A DNA stretch of 59,754 bases, the filler included, from Asterionella formosa (lineage: Eukaryota), in assembly GCA_002256025.1 (NCBI GenBank). It is 9 parts of 9 records of this genome, joined end to end, with 100 filler letters (N's around TTAATTAATTAA, not from the genome) between each part and the next. Parts side by side here need not be neighbours in the genome. Positions count along the whole stretch, not along the records: positions 46,579 to 53,116 come from NKIB01012679.1; positions 53,217 to 59,754 come from NKIB01012680.1; 7 more parts are not named here. The stretch is one strand, 5' to 3'. Below are positions 48,373 through 59,754 of this stretch, piece after piece. A model generated the notes under the pieces. That model saw nothing but the letters and a program-made list of their open reading frames with translations, was not told where the DNA came from and did not search any database. The translations under genes and the position numbers were made by a program. How positions within the stretch are numbered: the first letter of the stretch is position 1; every line of letters starts with the position of its first letter.

Positions 48373-48582
48373 GGCCGAGTCGAACCTTGCTCGCTCAACA
48401 GCAACTGGTGGAGGATTCCCAACGCGATCTTGTTTTTGTGAATACCAGTAAGCAAGCAGGAGGAGAAAGCAAGGGGCTGAGTCGACCCTTGCTCGCTCAA
48501 CAGCAAATGGAGAAGGATTCCCAACGCGATCTTGTTTTTGTGAATACCATCTAGTATTCAAGCAGGAGGAGAAAGCAAGGGG
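48373..48582 (+). repeat. Tandem duplication, ~102-bp unit
   Basis: GAGTCGA.CCTTGCTCGCTCAACAGCAA...GGATTCCCAACGCGATCTTGTTTTTGTGAATACCA occurs twice. Confidence 0.9.
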
Positions 48583-48945
48583 ATAAAAATTCCCAAGATA
48601 ACATCCCACAGTACATGTAGTAAGTATGAATATAAATTTAAATAGCTCATATTGGAGGTATCAATAAACGTACAGCGGATTATTCGTGTACTATTTTGCA
48701 GCTGTTGCAGCACATCAGTCGTCCTTTCTTTGCTTTTCTTGTTTCACATTACGTACGGATCTGATCGTAGTAACATTCCGGTACTGGTAGTATTTATCAT
48801 CATCGCAATACGTGTATGTATATTTTTTTTTCGTTTTATTAGACTACCGGTATTTCACACAAAACACACCATTATTCCTCTCGATCATCTGCCATTGTCG
48901 CATTCAGATACTACGCATACACACTCACACACAACACACAAACGA

Positions 48946-50106
48946 ATGCTCATCATTCCGTTGAAAGTCCCATTCAAGACAGATCTGAAAGCTCCACTCG
49001 TCGCCTGGCTTGATGCTCCTCCCGACTACGAATTGTTCGCCAATCCCATGGCCTTTACATGCCTCAAACCCAGTTTCACAAGTGCCCACTGCTACAAGGA
49101 CGTGACACGACTTGCATCACTCCGTAATTGCTTGGCCGACGCCATTATGAAACCCATGTCTCATCGTCATGCCCTCGATGACATGGCCTTGTCCGATTTA
49201 CATGAATACCACGCGGCCCTGCGCATATTTCAGAGTCACGCCTTTCCGACGTTTGATGAAGACTCGCCATTGCAATTAACATGGAAGGCAGCTGTAGGGC
49301 CACAGCAAGAATCACATGGCTCACTCATTTGGGATAGCGTATGTACCTTGTGGAACATTGCGGCACTAGAGTCGTTCCTTGGGTCGCAGTGTGGGACTGA
49401 CAAGAAGGAGGAGCGCAAACAAGCGGTCAAACACTATCAGAATGCAGCATCGACGATGCATCATCTCAGGGAGGCGATGAAGGGACAATGCTTTGAGACT
49501 GTTGACATGAGTGGAGCATTATTGGAATTTTGGGAACGGGCCATGTTGGGATGTGCACAAATGGCAGCATATGAAATGGTACTCAAGGGAGAGGACCCCC
49601 CGAAGCATGCGTTGCTTAGCTATCTTGCCATGGGCGCGGTACCTGTCTTTAACGAAGCACTTGTACTGTCCAAGGACCCACTGTTGGTAAGTAACCTTCC
49701 AAAACCTATTTTAGAGTGGGGGGCCAGGTGCAAGTATTGGAGTATGATTCTGACAGCCAAGGCGGAATACCACCAAGCGGTCGCGGCACGACAAGCGAGT
49801 GATTGGGGGACAGAAATTATGAGATTGGATCAAGCCTTGAAGTCACTCCTATCATGCAAGGAATTTGCTGATTCTGTAGAAGAGTTAAGTGACGTGATGC
49901 GAGAAGTCAATGCATTGATTGCGTTAGTCAAAGATCGCAAGGCTCAAGCAGACAAGGACAACCGAGACTTTATGTACGGTGACGCTCAAATTGGGGGGAC
50001 ACTACCTCCGATTCGACAACAGTTGCTTGCCAAAGCAGATTTGCCCATGCCAGAAACCATGACTATTCCAAAGGTTCCCTTGTTTACTGGTGTACCGGCA
50101 TCCTAA
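48946..50106 (+). CDS. BRO1-domain protein (BROX/ALIX N-terminal-like, ESCRT-III adaptor)
   Basis: MLIIPLK, LTWKAA, SLIWDSVCTLWNIAAL, AVKHYQNAA, AEYHQA, WGTEI.RL, ADKDNRDFMY. True start is probably ATG 48946. Confidence 0.8.
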   Translation: MLIIPLKVPFKTDLKAPLVAWLDAPPDYELFANPMAFTCLKPSFTSAHCYKDVTRLASLRNCLADAIMKPMSHRHALDDMALSDLHEYHAALRIFQSHAFPTFDEDSPLQLTWKAAVGPQQESHGSLIWDSVCTLWNIAALESFLGSQCGTDKKEERKQAVKHYQNAASTMHHLREAMKGQCFETVDMSGALLEFWERAMLGCAQMAAYEMVLKGEDPPKHALLSYLAMGAVPVFNEALVLSKDPLLVSNLPKPILEWGARCKYWSMILTAKAEYHQAVAARQASDWGTEIMRLDQALKSLLSCKEFADSVEELSDVMREVNALIALVKDRKAQADKDNRDFMYGDAQIGGTLPPIRQQLLAKADLPMPETMTIPKVPLFTGVPAS

Positions 50107-50309
50107 AATGTTTCATTTTAAATTTAGACTCTATCTTAGTATTGCGAAACGTATTTGCAACGCCTGTCCCTTGAAATACCGGTAGTCTAAATAGTAAATA
50201 ATATCAGTTAGTGTTCACTCTTGGATAATATTCCTAGCATGTTTTAGTAGGATACAATATAATCATAAATGGTTATATCTACTTTTGAGTGTTCGACGCC
50301 GCCTGGTTG

Positions 50310-51427
50310 TTAAAAGCACTGTTGCTTTGGCAATAATTTCATGGCTCCATGTTTCTTTACAACAGGAGGCATGTTATCTTCTTCACTTATTACAGACCGT
50401 AACGGCAATAAGTCCTTACTCTTTTCCATCATCTCCATTAAGGTTTGTCGCACCAACGGCGCGTCCAAGTGCTTCATCATGGTATGCAATCTCTTTTTTG
50501 CATTTTGCAAATGCGTCTTGAAGAAGCAACGAATCCTATCTCTCAATTTCTTGTCTGTAAACTGCGAACAAAATGTCAGGCCTTGTTCACAAGCCACGAG
50601 ACGAGTCTTTTCGACCAACCCATTGTTAAAGGCTTGCTGGTGTTTGGACTGCCGTTGATGAGTGGACCATTCATAATAGAGAGGCATGTGATCGTACAAG
50701 AGGCCTTCAAGGATTGGGTAGTCCTTCCAAAAAAATCCCAATTGAATCAGTGGTGATGGAGGCTTTGCATTGTCGCCATCACTGCCGTGATGGAGGGCAC
50801 GAGGGCGTTCCAAGGCCATGGCCAATACCAAGCGTTTGCATACGTCAGGCTCTTGTAGCTCAATTTCGAAACTAACGTGATGATGTACTACTGCTGTTGT
50901 TGTTGTTGTTGTTGTTTTCGCAGAGGTGGAAGCATTGATAGTACTTGTCTGAGGAAGAGACGTTTTGTTGGTACGTTCCTTCATGATCTTGTCTCTGGAA
51001 GGAACTACTTGTGGCTGTTGATCTCGAAAAATCGCCTCTTGCTGATCCACAGCGTGAGCTGTGATAAATGTGTGCAAGGATGATGGAGCGTGTAAGTCCA
51101 CTTTGGACAACCAATCATTCTGGCGAAACCCAAAGGCAACAGATACGTACCTGCTCCAATAATAGTTGCAAATGACATGGAAATTGGACTTTTGGCAGCC
51201 AAGAACGGCCCCGCGTAGTGCTGATGATGTGTGTCAAGAGCATCATTTGGGTAGGAGTATCTCATGGCCCGTTGCTGCTGCATGGAAGAAGGAGTTCTCA
51301 TCAATTCATTGGATGATGTTGCTGGAAGCAGGAGTTCTTGTTCGTCCGCTCGACTCATCGTCATGTGGCTGGATTCTTCATTGTTCATTGATGGGCCATG
51401 ATGGCGGGAAGAGGAAACACAAGCCAT
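50310..51427 (-). CDS. Hypothetical protein with conserved basic helical domain (putative DNA-binding); exons 51427-51151 and 51058-50310
   Basis: A 92-bp GTACGT...CACAG intron joins two ORFs in frame; motif FFWKDYP.LE..L...Q.FNN.LV...LRDRIRCFFKTH.QNAKKRL. Confidence 0.65.
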
Positions 51428-52412
51428 TCTTTCCTCCTTCTATTTGCTATTGTATTGTGCTGTATTGCACCTCGGAGTGAGATGCAGTGGATTTTATAGA
51501 CTGTGATGCAATTTTCAAGGTGACTTCTATTAGTAGAAAGAATGTGGAACATCGATATGATTTTCCTTGGAGGGAAGGGAACAAAAATATAAACGATGAC
51601 TTTTGGGGATTTTTTTTAAAAGTGGCTCGGCAGCAGGTTTGAACCACGGATGCGACGTATAAAGTTGTCATCACATAGAGAGGTACCAGTAGCATAGTAC
51701 CGGTACCGATGTAGGAAGCGATACTTAGTATAGAAGTGCCTATGTATAATTCTTGCTCACTGTTCCTGGTACCCTGGCACCTGCTACCAGGTAGTACTAT
51801 TATGGTAGAACATCCAATCTGTTGGAAGGATACCAACGGTCACAATGTGTAGCCTGCCGACCTTTGTCTTAATATTAATGTATGTACATATAAATGTCTT
51901 TAATTAAAAACGAACGACCCGATTGATAACAGTGTGACATAACGAACAGGCTGAGGACGTCAAACGTAATGGGATGGGTCTGCTACATAAATCAAACGTA
52001 TGGCCGTATTGTCGGCAGGAGTCGGACAAAATGCATCCCCTATTTAGTTACAGGGTATTGTACTTACTACCAAGTAATAGGAGCTTTGATGTGTACTGGT
52101 GGTACAGTGGATTACTTTTTTCTGGTTTGAACAACACCACCAGTCAGACCACCATGAAACGACAAAAAGTTACATACTAGTGCTATCATGTTTGTGACCA
52201 TATCGTATCGTAAGGATACCAGCTTACGGTAGTTGGTAACTGGTGCCAGTAAAAAACTGCCATGACCCATTGAGTTAGTAGGTGTTTGTTTGACTCCTCC
52301 GAGTAAAGGTAGTTTCTACAGAATTGCAGATCCGTTACTTTGTTCGTCGATAGTGTCAGCACAGCATCAATCAATCAAGCTATTGTGCTAAAATTCTCAT
52401 TGATCGATTTCA

Positions 52413-53116
52413 TCAGTTTCGACTCACTCCCAATGCTTTGTCCCATGCCTGCCAGACGAGATAGGCCAGCTTTTGATGGAAAGAATATACTTCATGTAAT
52501 TTAGAAAAAACATTACCCTAGACTAATTGAGCGACCGATGATGATTTGCAGAATGAGTCTCTGAACATGACTTCGATTTGCTGACTGATGGAACAATTCA
52601 GCAAACCGTCTTCTAGCTTTGGAATACAAATAGGAATCACCTTTTTCTACATTTAAACCTGCTGGCTGACTATGACTAGAATTTGCTAACAATGACTAGA
52701 ACTTCTTGCAAATGACCCTTATGCTATGAAGTATACATGAAAAGACATAACCATTCCCCCTGATAGCCTTGCCAATACTATGAATATACATAATGCTATA
52801 ATTATATACTTGGTTACAGACAGTAATAATTACGCCTGATCCAACAGCCTACCGGGGTACTGCTGTTTTTGAAATCATAGCTATCATGCAAAGTAGTATC
52901 ACATATCACTTACTATGCATGGCTGGGATATATGATATGCTCAGGGTACCTGAAGTAGCCCTTGTAGATGCTAGTACATAATCATTTAGCCTCGATGTTG
53001 CGATTTGTTTCTATTTATAAAACACTACATTGTAGTTGTTTAGAACTGCTGGAGAATATGGGTGCATGAGCCATGATATCGTCTCAGACTTGACCATGAC
53101 GAAAATAATGGATATC
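52413..53116 (-). repeat. Repeat family A, uninterrupted copy
   Basis: Reverse complement aligns with 13955-14104 joined to 18251-18800. Confidence 0.75.
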
Positions 53117-53216
53117 NNNNNNNNNNNNNNNNNNNNNNNNNNNNNNNNNNNNNNNNNNNNTTAATTAATTAANNNNNNNNNNNNNNNNNNNNNNNNNNNN
53201 NNNNNNNNNNNNNNNN

Positions 53217-54288
53217 TCGGGCTTGCAATAGGCAACGTTCGTCTTTCTTTTATCCCATCGTCTGCTGCTTGTTATGCTAGTTGAAGCGGATCGGTGAGTA
53301 CAACAGTGAAATACTGAATGTGGATTGTAGATCGTATTTATCGACTTTCCGATTTGATTGCTTCCGTGGTTTGTTTTGATCGCTTCCATCGTTGTTTGTC
53401 GTTACGCACTGTCGTTTTGTTTCGATTGTACATATCTACATGAGAACCAATGCATTTATCAATGACCACTCATTGAAGATGTGGTATTGTGCCGTTGTTG
53501 ATCGTATTTGTTGATTTGTATAGTCGTTGACAATGATGTCAATATTGCCGCCAAACAATGCTTTTCTTGTACTAACGCGCTTTGCTACATTTCTACTACG
53601 AGTTCGTATCAGAAGCTACATGACGAATACTCAGCTAGAGAGAGTCAATAGTTCTGGAGCAGCGTGGCGATCAAGCTTGCTCAGAATGGAATGATCAGGG
53701 TTGCTTGTTTGGTGGGCAGCGGAGAGGAATGACTGTGGCGGAAATACTGCTACTGGTGTCAGGCTGCTACAGCGATGCGCATTGTTGCAGAAACCAGACC
53801 ATTTACGCTACATGACGATGTAGGTCAAGATTGGGTTCAGCTTTTCCCTTCTTATTTTGGTCTTCGATTGTGTGGTGATGGAAAGTGAATGTTGCCTGGT
53901 GTGTAAGTACTACAATGATTCACAATGCATACGTCTCCATTGGAACTCTTATTTTTTATTTCATTTCTAACCCTAAACAATTTTTTCTATTTCTCATTTG
54001 ATGCTACTTATTACATCGCATTTCATACTTTGGTTGCTCCAAACATCATGTTCAATTTTCATTGATGTTGCATGTTACAATCATTCTCGTGTGTTTTACG
54101 CTTGTTGTACCATCTCCATGCATATTACCGTTATTTTGGTTGTCATGCTAAAATCGGCAATTTTATTGCCGAAAAATTCGATGTGCCCCATATTGCCCTT
54201 AAATAAAAATTACTTAAGAAATTACTTAGAGACTAAAAATTACTTAGAAGTACCCGAATGGCAAGACGATAGCTAGAGCGGGAATTGC
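53217..54288 (+). repeat. Repeat family B, ~1-kb copy
   Basis: Matches 38844-39838 (reverse) and 39939-40240; truncates the Gypsy gag. Confidence 0.75.
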
Positions 54289-55218
54289 CCCAAGTATGTG
54301 CACCTTCAGGATGTACCGGAAAAGGACTACAATAATCATGGTACGTACGACTGGTTTGTAGAGCTTGATGACGAACAGTCGCCTGACGATCCCATGCGCG
54401 TCCAGCTGCATTGACAATAGCACGCGCTCTTCCACGACCACTTGGAGTAAAATTTTCCTTGTAGAATTGACGACTGACACGCTCGTTTTCTTGACGCATC
54501 ACACAATTGCCTTCAGCAACACGAAGACGATTTTGTGTGATTGTTTGAAAACTGTTCTTGGGAAGATTTGCTTGTTTCAGTCCTTAAACGATTGTTGACT
54601 CTCGAAGTAACCGATAACCGAGCAAATTGATTGGTCTGAAGTCTTCGCATGATTTAATTCAAACTCTTGTTGCCATTCATCGGGCATAGAACAGATAATG
54701 ATAATCCGCATATCTTCTTTTGACAATCCAACTTGATCTTCTGGATGAGGCATTAGTTGAAGTAGTCTGTTCAAAGTTTTAATACGAGCCTTGAAATCCA
54801 ATACCAACATAGAAAAGGGTTTAGATAAAAAACGTAGCATCCATTGTCGGTGACATTGAAAACTCTCGTTTGGTAAACAATCGTCTAACCACAAAACCAT
54901 CGCTTCATCGAAACTATCGTAAGATTGATCTTCTGGGTGTACTTCCACATTCAACCAATCCGATAAGGCAATGTCGGTCAAACATCTTTTAAAGTAGGAA
55001 AAGGTATCTGCAGGGCTAAAGGCACATGTGTTAGCCATTTCACGAAATTGACTCACTCCAATTAACAATGCTTCCACCGAGCTTCCATCGATCATATCTT
55101 GATCAAACGATTCAAACCTTCCACCGGTTAAAGCAACTCTGTATCTTTTAGTCTTGATAGTCAATAAATTGTAGTCTTTGATCAAAGGAATCACAGGAAC
55201 CCTTGAATACATCGCCAT
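54289..55218 (-). pseudogene. Gypsy gag (capsid + CPxH-x4-H-xW knuckle), disrupted and truncated
   Basis: Directly downstream of the LTR end at 55258; KPFSMLV.DF.ARI.TLN..L..MP, MPDEWQQEF, FPVHPEGAHTWG. Confidence 0.7.
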
Positions 55219-55257
55219 GTTTGTTGTCTTCTAATTCGACTCTTTTTGAATTCAAAG

Positions 55258-55324
55258 TGAGGTATCTAACTAGAAGTAGTAGTATTTATTGAATATATGA
55301 GCTTATTAATTAATCCTTATGTAC
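55258..55324 (-). repeat. Partial Gypsy 5' LTR
   Basis: Near-identical to 55529-55595; interrupted at a TA by unrelated sequence carrying GGTGCAA repeats. Confidence 0.8.
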
Positions 55325-55528
55325 GGATTTTATAAATGGATAGTCTGATGGTGCAATTTTGGTTTCTCTAAGTAATAGTGGTGCAATCGGTGGTGCAATT
55401 GTGGTGCAAATGCCAATGGGCAGTTGAATTTACGTATAGTTTCCTCTTTTTCAACCCTGTTTGGGAAAAGTCCCGGTATTCCATTTCTAATCATTCTACC
55501 CTCTACCTGTAGTTACATTGGTACCAGG

Positions 55529-55723
55529 TGAAGTATCTAACTAGAAGTAGTAGTATTTATTGAATATATGAGCTTATTAATTAATCCTTATGTACAACTC
55601 ATTTCCTGAACTGACATCAAAGTATAGAATGGGTGTTAGTCGAGTTCTCTTATTATTGAATTCCGATATATTTGATATATTCCTAACCCTATGTACATCT
55701 GTATCAATGTGCAGGATTGCTCA
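55529..55723 (-). repeat. Gypsy solo LTR with perfect 5-bp TSD CCAGG
   Basis: GGTA-CCAGG|TGAAG...GCTCA|CCAGG-TACC. Confidence 0.9.
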
Positions 55724-55859
55724 CCAGGTACCAGGTACCAATTGTACCTGATACCATCAGGGTACATATCGGTACCTTGATGTAACTTCACGTGCCGGTA
55801 TGCGGATGACAACAAATATACCGGTAGTTTCAGATCCCCTACTACCTGGTATGTACTGG

Positions 55860-58800
55860 CCTTGATATACCCCTACTCTCCATCCGCGTTCACCAACGCC
55901 ATGGATCTGGGTGCACCTTCATTGCTGACTCCTCTGGCTGCTACCTCCATTTTCCTACTTTTGCCCTTCCGGTTGATGACTCCTCTGATTGTCTCCTTCC
56001 TTTTCCCCTGCCCCATTAGCTAGCCTCCTCTTTTTCCTTTGATGATACCTTGTCCCCATCGGTTCTAGTCCTTTCCGATCCCCCTCCATTGCTCGGTTTG
56101 CACTCAAACGTGCAGCCATTCACCACCACACCTGGCCTGTCCATCGGGTTGTTCCTCCTTCACACCCCGCCTCGGACCCCTCCCTTCTCCGGCTCCCCTC
56201 CTCTGAATCATCCAAGATTATCCTGCCCCTGGATCCTTCTGCTGTCCCTGCCCCTGCAATTATGGCTTGTGAACGCCCTGAGTCTTTTGGTGCCCAGGTT
56301 CGCCGTTTTTCCTCCCATGATCTCCACAAATATTTTGGCAACCCAAATTTCGTAATTTTTCCATCGTTACCATGATAGTGGCCGATGGCATTCGCCTGTC
56401 GGAACATTTCGAGCCTCCCATCTTGGTTGGCGATGTTTGTCAACATGAAGCGTGGTCCCTCTGGCTTGCCCCTCCCTCGCCCTTCCTCCATCCTCCAGCG
56501 TGTTGGTGTTGATATTGGCTATGGTGAGGATGGCATCAGCCCTGGTGGTTACCGCTACTGCCTTCTCCTGGTTGACCACCAATTCAGTCGCAAGACCTGG
56601 TGTTATGGCCTTAAGGACCTCACTAGCTCCTCTATCTCTGATGCATTCTGGCGATTTTTTGTTGATACAGGCAGTTTTCCCCGTGTCTTCCAATGTGCCT
56701 TTGATCAAAAGGTTCTTGGGGGGCCCACCAATAAGCTGCTCCTGTCGAAGGGTATCCGTGTCAATGCTGCTCCCCCTTACCGTCAATCTCAGAATGGTTT
56801 GGTTGAATCCCACTGGTGTGTTGCCACCTCCATGGCTCGCTCAATCCTTGCTGAGGCCAGTCTCCCCAAACGCTTCTGGTTCTGGGCTGTCCGTGAGGCT
56901 ACCCTTCGGATTAATATGGTCCCCGGCCTCCTTGGGTCTTCCAAGACCTACACCACTCCATTCGAACTCTTCTATGGGATGAAACCGGACCTTCATACCC
57001 TCTTCCCCTTTGGCTGCATTGGTTACTATAGGCGTCCTCGCGATGGCCTTCGGGGTGCACGCACTGCTCACTTTGAGAGTCAAAGCTTCACAGGCATTGC
57101 ACTTGGTCGCGCTGACACCGCCAATGGCATGCTGTTTTGGAATCCAACCTTGTCCTGCTTCTGTGTGTCTGCTGATTACACTCTTGATTCCACTCGTGCT
57201 ATTGCAGACCCTTTTCCTACTATTGTGTATGATGGTGGACTCCACCTGCGCCTGTACACCAATCCTACCACCTCTGCATCCGAAGCCTACCCCCTCCTGG
57301 TAGTGTTGTCTCTGTCCGCCTCAATTCGGCTGGTGATGTCTCTGAGGGTATTGTCAATTCTGTTCCCATCTCCCTACATGATTTTTATCTCATTGACCTC
57401 CTTGAGGGGGCATCTCTTTCTGCCGCATTTGGCGACCTTATCTTCCCTGATGAGTCTCTTAATCCTGACTTTTCCCACCTTCCTCGTGATGATTCCAGTG
57501 GGGATCCCCTTGCCCCCCTCCTCCCTCCTTGGATGGTTGTTGGTACCAAACTGATCCTTGCCCTTGATGGTACCTTTTTCCACGGTTCCTTGGATCTTGA
57601 TGATGACCTTGACTGGCTCTTTGTCCGCCGCAATTCTTCTGGCCAAATCATCCACCAGACTAGCTTAGTTGATCTCCCTTACACCTGGCGTCAACGCATC
57701 CATGAAGAGACCCTGTTCACTGGCTGGAACTGTGTTCCCCCCTCCGGACCCCCTGTTGTGCTTCTTGGGAATGGTCAACATGTGTCTGCCTCCTCCCTCC
57801 TTCATAAATGTCCCTCTTCCCTTGACCTCGCCCTCCTCCCCACTTCCCCTGATCGTCTCATATGGCTGGCCTCTTATCAGGAGGAATACGACTCTTTAGT
57901 CGCTCAGGATGCCTTTCATTTAATTGATGCCTCTCCGTTATCACTCCTTGGGTGCGCCGTCATTCCCTCCAAGACTGTTCTTCTCACCATCAAATGTGAT
58001 GAACTTGGTCACCCAGCCCGTGCCAAATCTCGCATGTGGTCCTCGGAAACTTGGAAACCACCTACTGGTCCAAGTCTGACACTTATGCCCCTGTTTTAGG
58101 CCAACTCTCCCTCCACCTCCTGGTCTCCCCCCTTGCCGTTGAGAGCCGCCGCCTTTTGAAACAGGGCGACTGCAAGAACGCCTTTTGCCATCCTGTTCTA
58201 CCCCCAGACGAGATGGTTGTCATTTACCCGCCTAATGGTTGCCCCATTTCCAAGCCTGGTACCTACTGGCGCCTCCATAAAACTCTCTATGGTGTCCGTT
58301 GGAGACTGGTTCACCTGTTTTCGGGACGTTCTCCTGTCCCTGGGCTTATCCCAGTGCCCTCATGAACCCTGCATTTTCTTTGGTTCTCCTATGCCTAGTT
58401 CCCCTTCCCTTTATGTGCGCATGCATATATGTGGACGACTTCGCCTACTTCGCTCTCTGTTAGTGATGAGGTTGAGCAGTGGTTTGAGGCCGCTGTAGCG
58501 GCTCGTCTCCGCATTGACTTCATGGGTCCCATCTCATGGTTTCTTGGTATCTACTTTGCCTGGCACCCCAACGCCTCCACTGGTCACCTCAGTGTTCATT
58601 TATCCCAGGAGGCTTCCCTTCGCAATCTCCTTGACCTGTTTGATATGGTGGATTGTCGCCATGCCCCTACCCCTTATCGCTCTGGCCTGGTCTATGACCG
58701 AATTGTATCTGATGGTGCTGAACTTTCTCCCAAAGCTCGCGCGTTCATTATTACACAATACCAGTCACTCATTGGGGCTCTCAATTGGCTGGCTGTCAGC

Positions 58801-59375
58801 ACACGTCCTGATGTCTCTGTGGCCTTCACTCTCCCAGCACAACTCCTATGCCACCCCCGCTCACCTTTTAGGTACCAAGTATGTGTTACGATACCTGGCT
58901 GGCTCTGCCGATCATGGCATTGTCTTTACCTCGCAATTTGCTTCCTCATACCTCTCCACCACCTTTGGTTGGCCCAAGGACACTCCCACTCTCACCACTT
59001 ACACCGATGCCAACTGGGGCTTCCAATATGCTTCCAAACACAACCCCAGCGACATCATCTCTCTTGCCAAGTGTTGCTCCCTGAATGTCATTCGTGAACC
59101 TTGTGTGAGCCGCAGTACCTGCGAATCTGAAATCAAATCTGCAGATGAGGCAGGGCACCAAGGTTACCCAATTCATCCGCCATATCCTTAGTGACCTCCA
59201 CATGCCTGATTTCACTCTCCCCACCCATCTTTGGAATGACAACCAAGGTGCTGTGGACTGGTCCCACAACTATGCTAACAAAAAGATGCGGCATACTAAT
59301 ATCCGCAACATGGCTGTGCGTGACGCTCACCATTTTTCCGAAATCTTTGTCACCGACCTCCCAGGGGATCGTCTG
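55860..59375 (+). mobile_element. Degenerate Ty1/Copia pol (integrase - RT - RNase H)
   Basis: VDIGYG..YRYCLLLVD, RQSQNGLVESHW (integrase); QGDCKNAF, LHKTLYG, YVDD (RT); YTDANWG, STCESEI, WNDNQGAV (RNase H); many frameshifts; no LTRs seen. Confidence 0.9.
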
Positions 59376-59381
59376 CAAATA

Positions 59382-59477
59382 AAAACCATCATATTTCCAT
59401 GATGCATCATAGGATTATGATCATCTGATCATAATTTCTCGTTATATCATCTAATAATTTTGATAAATGCCCTCGTC
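59382..59477 (+). repeat. Copy of the 13024-13117 repeat, truncating the Copia RNase H
   Basis: Direct sequence match. Confidence 0.8.
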
Positions 59478-59754
59478 AAATTAAGGTTTTCATTAGCTAT
59501 ACTAGCTAGTATTGATTGGTGCGAGAAAGCAATGGTAGGATGGCTGCCAACCTGGCAGGGGCAAACACCGAGAATCCTACTACTAATTTTTCTCCCCAAT
59601 GATCCCAGTCCCTTCTTGAATGTCAAATGCTACAGAAAATGGAGAACAGCCGCCATGATCTGTTGATTGTTGCTTTATGGTGCCACTGACCAAAACCTCC
59701 AGAAATCTCAATGAGTTGCTTGTTTCTTGACTTTAATGCAAAAGGGATCGAAAC

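Noticed and set aside
48652..48945. Hydrophobic N-terminal extension of the BRO1 ORF
   Set aside because: It has a non-ATG start and AT-rich/CA-rich promoter-like composition; BRO1 homology starts at MLIIPLK (48946).
51120..51150. 31-nt intron alternative in the 50310-51427 gene
   Set aside because: It is too short; the 92-nt intron to the CACAG acceptor restores the frame and fits the other intron sizes.
52395..52430. Hammerhead ribozyme (GAAAC / CTGATGA on the minus strand)
   Set aside because: The core motifs overlap with no room for stems I and III, and other family A copies lack CTGATGA.
56050..59402. Numerous short overlapping and antisense ORFs in the ORF track
   Set aside because: They are shadow frames or frameshifted pieces of the Copia pol; the same applies to short antisense ORFs over host genes.

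Overview
Eukaryotic, most likely diatom, DNA. The evidence is bipartite signal + 'AF'-type plastid presequences, short GT-AG introns and diatom-type Copia/Gypsy elements; the species cannot be determined. The window is NOT one locus. It is nine unrelated scaffolds sorted by decreasing length (6564, 6561, 6560, 6555, 6552, 6546, 6540, 6538, 6538 bp) joined by 100-bp N44-TTAATTAATTAA-N44 spacers. Host genes: a UBE2T-like E2; a plastid-targeted YbaK + OB-fold + DEDDy exonuclease + DUF3427-like fusion protein; a Popeye/cNMP-binding-like membrane protein; RsfS/MALSU1; a triple HMG-box protein; plastid dihydroxy-acid dehydratase (ilvD, 4 exons); a Trm10-like SPOUT methyltransferase; a BRO1-domain protein; and several hypothetical proteins. 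The rest is decayed transposable elements (Gypsy, Copia, LINE, PIF/Harbinger, TA-targeting MITEs, unclassified repeats) and a tRNA-Ala-like pseudogene or SINE head. Three signals stand out: (1) the four-domain putative organellar tRNA editing/trimming protein; (2) intergenic DNA saturated with TA-CC(W)GG-TA motifs that paralogous repeat copies show to be insertions, which look like Tc1/mariner excision footprints; (3) a Gypsy family whose LTR junctions lie in these motifs (GGTA-CNNNG-TACC) and which lacks a canonical tRNA primer-binding site.
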